Source: an uncultured Pseudomonadota bacterium
GTDB lineage: Bacteria; Pseudomonadota; Gammaproteobacteria; Steroidobacterales; Steroidobacteraceae
DNA length: 64,000 nucleotides
Direction of reading: 5' to 3'
Assembly (NCBI GenBank): GCA_963727685.1
Contig: CAVSGY010000007.1
Span: forward strand, 9,300 to 73,299
Positions 53,635 through 60,264 of the stretch are shown here, in pieces; the first letter of the stretch is position 1, and the number at the start of each line of letters is the position of its first letter. The position numbers were made by a program, and so were the translations under genes. Below the pieces are notes generated by a model. That model made no database searches. It was not told where the DNA came from and saw only the letters and a program-made list of their open reading frames with translations.

Positions 53635-54912
53635 ATGTCAGCGACCACGGTAACCGCTACCGACACGGTGGCCTTCGCGGACGCCCAGGCAACCGACCCC
53701 GTGACTCTGGGTTGGATGGTCGGCTCGCCGCCGCCCAGCGACAGGCTCGTTCGCTTCGAGGACGGAAGCTTCCGCCGTTTTCCGCAGAGCCGCTGGAGCT
53801 TCTCTCACTGGCGCGAGTTGGTGCCAACGGTGAATGTTTCGCGCGGCGCTGGGCCGCCAAGCATGATGCTACGTGACCAGCGCGCCGACCTCGACTCGGT
53901 GGCGTTCATGCCGCTCGGCGGCACACGACGGATGACTTGGGCCGAGTCGCTGGCCGCGAGCTACACCGACGGCATCCTCGTCATGCACCGGGGCGCGATC
54001 ATCTACGAGCGCTACTTCGGGGCACTGGGTGCAGACCGGCCGCACATTGCCTTCTCGGTCACGAAGTCCTTCTTCGGGACGATCGCGGCGACGCTGATTG
54101 CCGACGGCCGTCTCGACCCGCACGCGACCGTCGCTCACTACATTTCCGAACTCAGCGGCAGCGGCTTTGCCGATGCGACGGTCGCGCAGGTCCTCGACAT
54201 GACGACGGCGCTCGACTTTGCAGAGGACTATGACGCGCCCGACTCGGACGTCGTCCGCTGGCGCCGTGCCTATGGGGGGCTGCCACGCCCCGACGGCTAC
54301 ACCGGCCCCCGGTCAGACTACGAATACCTTGCGACCATCGCCAAGAAGGGCGAGCACGGACCGGCCTTCACGTACCGCTCGATCAACACGTCGGTGCTCG
54401 GGTGGCTGATCGCTCGCGTCAGCGGCAAGCCCGCGTACCAGGTCCTCGAGGAGCGTATCTGGACGCCGCTCGGCGCCGAGGGCGATGCCTATCTGCAGGT
54501 CGACCCGATCGGCGCGCCAATCGTGTCCGGTGGCCTGAATCTCAGGCTCCGCGACCTCGCCCGTTTCGGCGAGATGATCCGCTGCGGCGGATCCTTTAAC
54601 GGCCGGCAGATCGTTCCCACGGAGGTCACCGCCGAACTTCGCCGCGGCGGCCGGCGCGAAGCCTTCCTGGCGGCGGGTTACGCAACGCTGCCGGGTTGGA
54701 GCTACCACGCCCAGTGGTGGGTGTCACACAACGCGCACGGCGCGTTCATGGCGAGAGGCATTCACGGCCAGGCAATCTACATCGATCCCGCGGCCGAAAT
54801 GGTGATCGTCCGCTTCGCGTCGCATCCGCGATCCGCAAACGCCGGAATCGACCCAACCTCGTTGCCGGCCTACGAGGCCATCGCCGATCACCTGCTGAAT
54901 CAAGGCCATTGA
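53635..54912 (+). CDS. Serine hydrolase of the beta-lactamase/transpeptidase fold, 6-aminohexanoate-dimer hydrolase (NylB)-like subfamily. No signal peptide.
   Basis: GAGG RBS then the ATG at 53635. ..RWSFSHWRELVPTVNVSRG..YTDGILVMHRGAIIYERYF..HIAFSVTKSF (SxxK)..VAQVLDMTTALDFAEDYDAPDSDV..YRSINTSVLGWLI..GIHGQAIYIDP. Single frame. Confidence 0.85.
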   Translation: MSATTVTATDTVAFADAQATDPVTLGWMVGSPPPSDRLVRFEDGSFRRFPQSRWSFSHWRELVPTVNVSRGAGPPSMMLRDQRADLDSVAFMPLGGTRRMTWAESLAASYTDGILVMHRGAIIYERYFGALGADRPHIAFSVTKSFFGTIAATLIADGRLDPHATVAHYISELSGSGFADATVAQVLDMTTALDFAEDYDAPDSDVVRWRRAYGGLPRPDGYTGPRSDYEYLATIAKKGEHGPAFTYRSINTSVLGWLIARVSGKPAYQVLEERIWTPLGAEGDAYLQVDPIGAPIVSGGLNLRLRDLARFGEMIRCGGSFNGRQIVPTEVTAELRRGGRREAFLAAGYATLPGWSYHAQWWVSHNAHGAFMARGIHGQAIYIDPAAEMVIVRFASHPRSANAGIDPTSLPAYEAIADHLLNQGH

Positions 54913-54956
54913 GCTGGAGCCGCGACGAGCCGTTCAGAATGCTTCGGCATCCAGGG

Positions 54957-55193
54957 TCAGCAATGGATCGTTCGCTGATGCTCGACCGTCGACCGTCGAC
55001 CGTCGACCGACAGGCGCAGTCGCTTCGCGCCGTCGAGGGACGCCCGGACCGCGATTGGGTACTTCTCAAGACTATCTTGCAGCTGGCGGGGCTCGCGCTG
55101 TTCGGTCACAGGCATGCGTTGACGGTCGTCGACGGGGAGCGTCGAGAGTGCTGACTTCGCACGCCGGACCCACCGCGGGCCTTCCCTGACCAA
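54957..55193 (-). pseudogene. Possible degenerate ParE/RelE-family toxin remnant (very tentative)
   Basis: ORF 54957..55193 reads VREGPRWVRRAKSALSTLPVDDRQRMPVTEQREPRQLQDSLEKYPIAVRASLDGAKRLRLSVDGRRSTVEHQ.. It loosely follows the ParE pattern (..RRAK.dL..I..y..eqrwG.eQA..y..eL......L...P..Gr..d.....lR...v). The C-terminus is replaced by the 7-bp tandem repeat. No partner antitoxin is recognisable. Confidence 0.2.
54983..55010. repeat. Tandem heptanucleotide repeat (CGACCGT) x4, last unit CGACCGA
   Basis: cgaccgt cgaccgt cgaccgt cgaccga, read directly. Contains three GTCGAC palindromes. Confidence 0.9.
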
Positions 55194-55203
55194 GGCCGCT
55201 CAT

Positions 55204-55213
55204 TAGCCACCAT
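55204..55213 (+). repeat. Direct repeat copy 2 (TAGCCACCAT; putative attR core)
   Basis: Exact copy of 48066-48075. Lies at the end of the atypical stretch, 165 nt upstream of selC. Confidence 0.3.
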
Positions 55214-55377
55214 CCCTCCCGCGGGCGACCCCCGCCGCGGGGCTCGGCCGCAAGCGCGCGATCCAGATCCTCGAGTTCTTCGACCGGATTGGGTACGCGC
55301 GACGGGTCGCGGATACCCACCTGCTGCGGGCCGGCAGTGGCTGGCACAGCTCGCGATAGGCTAGGATCGAGCCGCAC

Positions 55378-55473
55378 GGAAGGCACACGTATCCCGCGAT
55401 GCGGCTGGGCTTCAAACCCAGCAGGGGGCGTCAGCCGCTTCCTGGTAGGTTCGACTCCTGCTGCCTTCCGCCA
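55378..55473 (+). tRNA. selC: tRNA-Sec (selenocysteine tRNA, anticodon UCA)
   Basis: ggaaggcacacgtatcccgcgatgcggctgggcttcaaacccagcagggggcgtcagccgcttcctggtaggttcgactcctgctgccttccgcca. 8-bp acceptor stem ggaaggca/tgccttcc. 6-bp D-stem cgtatc/gatgcg with a 4-nt loop. Anticodon loop cTTCAaa. Long variable arm (agggggcg..cgcttcct). 5-bp T-stem. Discriminator G plus CCA. Collinear with E. coli selC. Confidence 0.92.
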
Positions 55474-55489
55474 CCACCGAGGCCTGCCC

Positions 55490-56548
55490 GTGGCATCGAG
55501 CCCGCTCGAATCCGTCCCACGCCTGACGTCGCTCTCCCACGGCGGCGGTCGCGGCCGCAAGCTCGCCCCCGGCGCGCTCGAGGAGCTGCTGCGCGGCACC
55601 GCGGCGGCGACGCCGTTCGCGGCACTGCTCGTCGGGCGGGAGACCGGCGACGATGCGGCGGTCTACCGGCTCAACGACGAGCAGGCGATCGTCGCGACCA
55701 CGGATTTCTTCATGCCGATCGTTGACGACCCGTTCGACTTCGGGCGCATCGCTGCGACCAACGCGCTGTCGGACGTCTATGCGATGGGTGGCACGCCGCT
55801 CTTTGCGCTCGCGATCGTCGGCATGCCGCTCAAGGTGCTGCCGCCGGAGGTCATCCGCGAGATCCTGCGTGGCGGCGAGTCGGTGTGCGCTGTCGCCGGC
55901 ATCCCGATAGCAGGTGGCCACAGCATCGACTCGGTCGAGCCGCTCTACGGGCTCGTCGCGATCGGGTTGGTCGCGCCGCGCGACGTCAAGCGCAACCGTG
56001 ACGCCGCGCCGGGCGATGCGCTCGTGCTCGGCAAGGCGCTGGGTGTCGGGATCCTGTCAGCGGCGCTGAAGAAGGGTCTGCTCGATGGCGCCGGCTACCG
56101 GTCGCTGATCGACACGACGACGCGCCTCAACCTCGCCGGGCCCGCGCTGGCGCGTCTGGCCGGTGTGCACGCGCTTACCGACGTTACCGGCTTCGGGCTG
56201 CTCGGCCACCTGCTCGGCATCTGCCGCGGCTCGGCCGTCGCCGCGCGCATCGACGCGGCCCGCCTGCCGGTGCTGCCCGACGCGCGGCGGCACGCCGCGG
56301 CCGGGGTGGTCACCGGTGCGTCGGCGCGCAACTGGTCGTCGTACGGCGCGGCGGTCGATCTCGCCCCGTCGATCGACGCCGCGCAGCGGGCGCTGCTCAC
56401 CGACCCGCAGACCTCTGGCGGCCTGCTTGTCAGCTGCGCGCCGGAGGCGGTGCCGGCCGTGCTCGACCTGTTCCGCCGGAACGGCTGCGCGGAGGCGGCT
56501 GTCGTCGGCCGCATTGACGCCGGCGCGCCGCGCGTCGCGGTCAGCTGA
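55490..56548 (+). CDS. selD: Selenide,water dikinase (selenophosphate synthetase) homologue with Arg in place of both N-terminal loop cysteines
   Basis: The GTG at 55490 follows a gagg RBS. (M)ASSPLESVPRLTSLSHGGGRGRKLAPGALEELL..LLVGRETGDDAAVYRL..ATTDFFMPIVDDPFDFGRIAATNALSDVYAMGGTP..AGGHSID..LTDVTGFGLLGHL..LTDPQTSGGLL. Collinear with E. coli SelD, except that its SHGAGCGCK block reads SHGGGRGRK here. Confidence 0.85.
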   Translation: MASSPLESVPRLTSLSHGGGRGRKLAPGALEELLRGTAAATPFAALLVGRETGDDAAVYRLNDEQAIVATTDFFMPIVDDPFDFGRIAATNALSDVYAMGGTPLFALAIVGMPLKVLPPEVIREILRGGESVCAVAGIPIAGGHSIDSVEPLYGLVAIGLVAPRDVKRNRDAAPGDALVLGKALGVGILSAALKKGLLDGAGYRSLIDTTTRLNLAGPALARLAGVHALTDVTGFGLLGHLLGICRGSAVAARIDAARLPVLPDARRHAAAGVVTGASARNWSSYGAAVDLAPSIDAAQRALLTDPQTSGGLLVSCAPEAVPAVLDLFRRNGCAEAAVVGRIDAGAPRVAVS

Positions 56549-56556
56549 GGCCCGCC

Positions 56557-57417
56557 GTGGAGCCGTCACTGCCTGGAGGCGACGCCGCGGTCCCGGCCCC
56601 GGCCTCGGCCCCGGCCGCGATGCCGCCGCCGGTGGTCACGGTCGAGGTCGAGCGCTGGCGCGCCGGCGTGCTCGAGCGCGCCAGCGACGAGGTGGCCGAC
56701 GAGCGGCCGGTGGCGTTCCGCTACCATGGTGTGCCGCACGTCGTCATGCTCGCGACGCCGACCGACCTCGAGGATCTTGCGGTCGGCTTCACGCTCAGCG
56801 AGGCGATCGTCGCCGCGCCCGCCGAGATCCGCAGCGTGGCGCTCAGGAGCGTCGGCGAGTCGCTCGAGGTCGACCTGGATATCGCCCCCGAGCGCTTCTC
56901 GGCGCTGCTGCAGCGTCATCGCAACCTGACCGGCCGCACCGGCTGCGGGATGTGCGGCGCCGAGACGCTCGCCGACGCGATCCGCGAACCGCCGGCCCTG
57001 GCGGCCGGCCTCGAGCTGTCCTCGGCCGGCCTGCAGGCGGCGCTGCGCTCCCTGGCACCGCGCCAGCAGCTGAACGCACGCACCGGCAGCATCCACGCTG
57101 CGGCCTGGGTCGTGCCGGGCGAGGGCGTGACGCTGCTGCGCGAGGACGTCGGTCGGCACAACGCGCTCGACAAGGTGATCGGCGCGCTGGTGCGCCGCGG
57201 CGAGGACCTGCGCCGCGGCTACGTCATCGTCACCAGCCGCGCCAGCTACGAGATCGTGCAGAAGGCCGCGACCGTTGGCATCCAGGCGGTCGTGGCCGTC
57301 TCGGCCCCGACCGCGTTCGCGATCCGCTCGGCGGAGGCCTTCGGGCTCACGCTCGTTGGCTTCGCGCGGCCGGACCGGCACGTGATCTACGCGCACGGCG
57401 AGCGGCTCAGGCCCTAG
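56557..57417 (+). CDS. fdhD: Formate dehydrogenase accessory sulfurtransferase FdhD
   Basis: ORF 56557..57417 is intact. ..ERPVAFRYHGVPHVVMLATPTDLEDLAVGF..NLTGRTGCGMCG..REDVGRHNALDKVIGAL..VTSRASYEIVQKAATVGI. Confidence 0.9.
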   Translation: MEPSLPGGDAAVPAPASAPAAMPPPVVTVEVERWRAGVLERASDEVADERPVAFRYHGVPHVVMLATPTDLEDLAVGFTLSEAIVAAPAEIRSVALRSVGESLEVDLDIAPERFSALLQRHRNLTGRTGCGMCGAETLADAIREPPALAAGLELSSAGLQAALRSLAPRQQLNARTGSIHAAAWVVPGEGVTLLREDVGRHNALDKVIGALVRRGEDLRRGYVIVTSRASYEIVQKAATVGIQAVVAVSAPTAFAIRSAEAFGLTLVGFARPDRHVIYAHGERLRP

Positions 57418-57445
57418 CCGCGCGTCGGGCGCCTGGAGATACGTC

Positions 57446-57823
57446 GTGAAGTTGCGAACCCGCGGTGACTCGATCCGGCTCAGGCTGACGCGCGCCGAGG
57501 TGCGCGACCTCGCCGCCCACGGCGAGGTGGCGGAGCGCACGCGGCTGCCCGCCGGAGCCGGCTTCGGCTACCGCTTGCGCGCCGACCCGCGCGGCAACGA
57601 GATCACCGCGTCGTTCGAGGCCGGGGTGCTCGGCGTCGCCGTGCCGCGCGCGGCCGTCGAGACCTCGGCAGCCTCGGAGGAGGCCGCGATGCGCGCCGAG
57701 CTGCCGTTGCCGGGCGGCGCGCTCGCGATCCTCGTCGAGAAGGACTTTCCGTGCATGACGGCCCGCGCGGGCAAGGACGACCGCGATGCCTTCGCGCGCG
57801 CCCGGCTCAAGCTCGAGCGCTGA
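57446..57823 (+). CDS. Hypothetical protein, 125 aa
   Basis: GTG start 29 nt after fdhD. (M)KLRTRGDSIRLRLTRAEVRDLAAHGEVAERTRL..ALAILVEKDFPCMTARAGKDDRDAFARA. No recognised motif. Coding-like composition and co-oriented with fdhD. Confidence 0.5.
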   Translation: MKLRTRGDSIRLRLTRAEVRDLAAHGEVAERTRLPAGAGFGYRLRADPRGNEITASFEAGVLGVAVPRAAVETSAASEEAAMRAELPLPGGALAILVEKDFPCMTARAGKDDRDAFARARLKLER

Positions 57824-57856
57824 GCGCCGCCGCGATCGCGGCGGCGCTGCGGATCG

Positions 57857-58969
57857 TCATGCCTCCCCGGCCGCGCGCTGCGGGAAGCCGACCCACCGGC
57901 GCCGTTCGAAGTCGAACAATTTGCACTGCCGCACCGACCGCCAGTAGGTGCGCAACGACAGCTCGACGACCGGGATGTCCGGCACGAGGCGCGCGAGCGC
58001 GCTCTGCGCGGCCTTGAGCCGGTAGAGCGGGATCCGCGGGTCGAGGTGGTGCGCGGCGTGCTCCATGATGTTGTGCAGCAGCCAGTTCCACCACGGCCGG
58101 ACGCGGTAGCGCACCGTGCCGTGCAGGATGCCCTGCGCCTTCAGCCAGGCGGACTTGTCGGCGTACCAGACGACGTCGGGATGCGTGTGGTGTAGGTAGA
58201 CGACGAAGCCGACGACCCAGGTCCAGACGAGGAACGGTGCCACGAAGCCGAGCCCGACCGCGAGCGCCACGGCGCCCGGCCTCGCGGGCGCAGTGGCGGC
58301 GAGCGCGGCAATCCAGCCAAGCGCAAACGCCGTCACGAGCAGCGAGTCCCAGGTGAACTCGGCGCGCTGCCCCGGCGCGTTGGCCTTGCCCGGGAAATAG
58401 AGACGCCGCCACCAGATCTCGACCAGGTAGTACGGCAGCGGGCCGAAGGCACTGCGGTACACGCGCTCGAGCAGGCGTCGCGCCGGCGGCAGCGATTGCC
58501 ACTCGGACGGGTCGAGCGGTTGCCAGACGAAGTCGCGGCCACGCAGGTTGTTGAAGCCGTGGTGCACGACATTGTGGCCGACGCGCCACAGCGAGTACGG
58601 CGTCAGCGAGGGCAGGAACGCGATGCGCCCGAGCACTTTGTTGAGCGTGGCGTGGTCGGTGAGGCTGCCGTGGCAGGCGTCGTGGCCGATGACGAACAGG
58701 CGCACGATCGCGAGCGTGGCGAGCGCGGCGCCGGCAAGCGTTGCCCACAGCGAGCCGTCGCGTGCGACCAGGTACTCGCCGACGCCGAACAGCGTGACGT
58801 CGGCCGCCAGCAGCAGCAGGGCGAGCAGCGTCGAGCGCCGGTAGTAGCTGGACAGCACCTCGCGCAGGCGCGTGATGCTGGGCGGGCTCGGGGCGCCGGC
58901 GGCGGCGGCGGGCACGAGGCCTTGGGTGGAGGCGGCGGCGGGCATGGCGGGTCTCGCGGCGGGCGGCAT
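57857..58969 (-). CDS. Membrane fatty-acid desaturase family protein
   Basis: ORF 57857..58969. His boxes HDACHGS, HNVVHHGFNN and HAAHHLDPRIP, with hydrophobic spans between them. The start may be the internal Met at 58945. Confidence 0.85.
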   Translation of the reverse strand: MPPAARPAMPAAASTQGLVPAAAAGAPSPPSITRLREVLSSYYRRSTLLALLLLAADVTLFGVGEYLVARDGSLWATLAGAALATLAIVRLFVIGHDACHGSLTDHATLNKVLGRIAFLPSLTPYSLWRVGHNVVHHGFNNLRGRDFVWQPLDPSEWQSLPPARRLLERVYRSAFGPLPYYLVEIWWRRLYFPGKANAPGQRAEFTWDSLLVTAFALGWIAALAATAPARPGAVALAVGLGFVAPFLVWTWVVGFVVYLHHTHPDVVWYADKSAWLKAQGILHGTVRYRVRPWWNWLLHNIMEHAAHHLDPRIPLYRLKAAQSALARLVPDIPVVELSLRTYWRSVRQCKLFDFERRRWVGFPQRAAGEA

Positions 58970-59056
58970 TGCGCTGCGGCATTATGGCGCGGCCGCCGCC
59001 CGCTGCCCAGCCGGCATAATGCTCCGCTCCCGGCAGCGTCCCTCTGGAGTGACCCG

Positions 59057-59689
59057 ATGTACACGCTCTACTACATGCCCGGCGCCGCCAGCTTCCTGGT
59101 GCATTGGCTGCTGATCGAGACCGGCGCCGCCTACGATCTCAAGCGCGTCGACGGCGACGCGCGCGAGCACAAGCGCCCCGAGTACCTGCGCCTCAATCCG
59201 AACGGCGTTGTGCCGTTGCTGCTGATCGACGGCGAGCCGGTCTACGAGGCGGCGGCGCTCGCGCTGCTGATCGCCGAGCGTCACCCGGAGGCGGCCCTCG
59301 CGCCGGCGGCCGGGACGCGGGCGCGGGCCCTGTATCTGCAGTGGATGCTGCACCTGGCCAACACCGTGCAGCCGGCATTCCGCTGCTGGTTCTATCCGGG
59401 CGAGCCAGCGGGTGACGAGCATGCCGACGCCGTCAAGGCGCGCGCCCAGGCGCGCATCGAGGGCGCCTGGGATCGTCTCGAGGCACATCTCGCCGCGCAC
59501 GGCCCGTGGATCACCGGCGCGCGGCCGACGGCGGCGGATTTCTATGCCGGCATGCTGGCGCGCTGGTCGCGCAACATGCCGCGCCCCGCGCTCAAATGGC
59601 CGGCGATCGCGGCGCTCGTCGGCGCGCTGCGCGCGCGGCCGTCGTTCCGCGTCCTCAACGAGCGCGAGGCGCTGACCGAGTGGACCTGA
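59057..59689 (+). CDS. Glutathione S-transferase family protein
   Basis: MYTLYYMPGAASFLVHWLLIETGAAYDLKRVD..YLRLNPNGVVPLLLIDGEPVYEAAALALLIAE (thioredoxin-like N-domain), followed by a helical C-domain. Confidence 0.85.
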   Translation: MYTLYYMPGAASFLVHWLLIETGAAYDLKRVDGDAREHKRPEYLRLNPNGVVPLLLIDGEPVYEAAALALLIAERHPEAALAPAAGTRARALYLQWMLHLANTVQPAFRCWFYPGEPAGDEHADAVKARAQARIEGAWDRLEAHLAAHGPWITGARPTAADFYAGMLARWSRNMPRPALKWPAIAALVGALRARPSFRVLNEREALTEWT

Positions 59690-60264
59690 GCCGTCGCCAC
59701 CGCCGGCGCGACCAGGGCCCGGCGCTCGAGACCCAGCGTCTGATCCTGCGGCCGACGCGGGTCGAGGACTTCGACGGCTGGGCGCAGTTTGCGGCCCACC
59801 CCGGGTCAATGCACTTTCTCGGCGGCCCGCAGCCGCGCGCGGTCGCCTGGCGCGCCTTCATCGCCATGGCGGGCTCCTGGTCGCTGTACGGCTTTGGCAT
59901 GTTCTCGGTGATCGAGAAGGCGACCGGGCGTTGGCTCGGGCGGGTCGGCCCGTGGCGGCCCGAGGGCTGGCCGGGCAACGAGATCGGCTGGGGGCTTGTA
60001 CACGATGCCGAGGGACGCGGCTTCGCCCTCGAGGCGGCGTCGGCCGCGGTCGACTGGGCCTTCGGTGCGCTCGGTTGGGACGAGATCATCCACTGCATCG
60101 ATGACGGCAACGAGCGCTCCATCGCGCTCGCCACGCGTCTCGGCTCGGCTTGGCTGCGCCGCGCGCAGCTGCCCCCGCCGCTGGCCATCGAGGTCAACGT
60201 CTATGGCCAGACGCGCGCCGCCTGGCGCGCGCGCGCCGCTCAGCCGTGCGGCTTGCCGAGGTAG
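59680..60264 (+). CDS. GNAT family N-acetyltransferase (RimJ/RimL-like)
   Basis: The GTG at 59680 overlaps the GST end by 10 nt. ..LETQRLILRPTRVEDFDGWAQF..NEIGWGLVHDAEGRGFALEAASAAVDWAF..GNERSIALATRLG. Tail of ORF 59506..60264. Confidence 0.75.
   Translation: MDLSRRHRRRDQGPALETQRLILRPTRVEDFDGWAQFAAHPGSMHFLGGPQPRAVAWRAFIAMAGSWSLYGFGMFSVIEKATGRWLGRVGPWRPEGWPGNEIGWGLVHDAEGRGFALEAASAAVDWAFGALGWDEIIHCIDDGNERSIALATRLGSAWLRRAQLPPPLAIEVNVYGQTRAAWRARAAQPCGLPR

Larger units (their letters stand above)
48066..55213. mobile_element. Candidate decayed tRNA-Met-integrated genomic island of about 7.1 kb (dead integrase, intact TBDR-POT-hydrolase cargo, terminal debris)
   Basis: An integrase remnant faces the tRNA 3' end. 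AT-rich runs occur here and nowhere else in the window (48075-48094, 48771-48799). Three gene-poor gaps. The TAGCCACCAT direct repeat occurs at 48066-48075 and 55204-55213. The boundaries are inferred. Confidence 0.4.
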
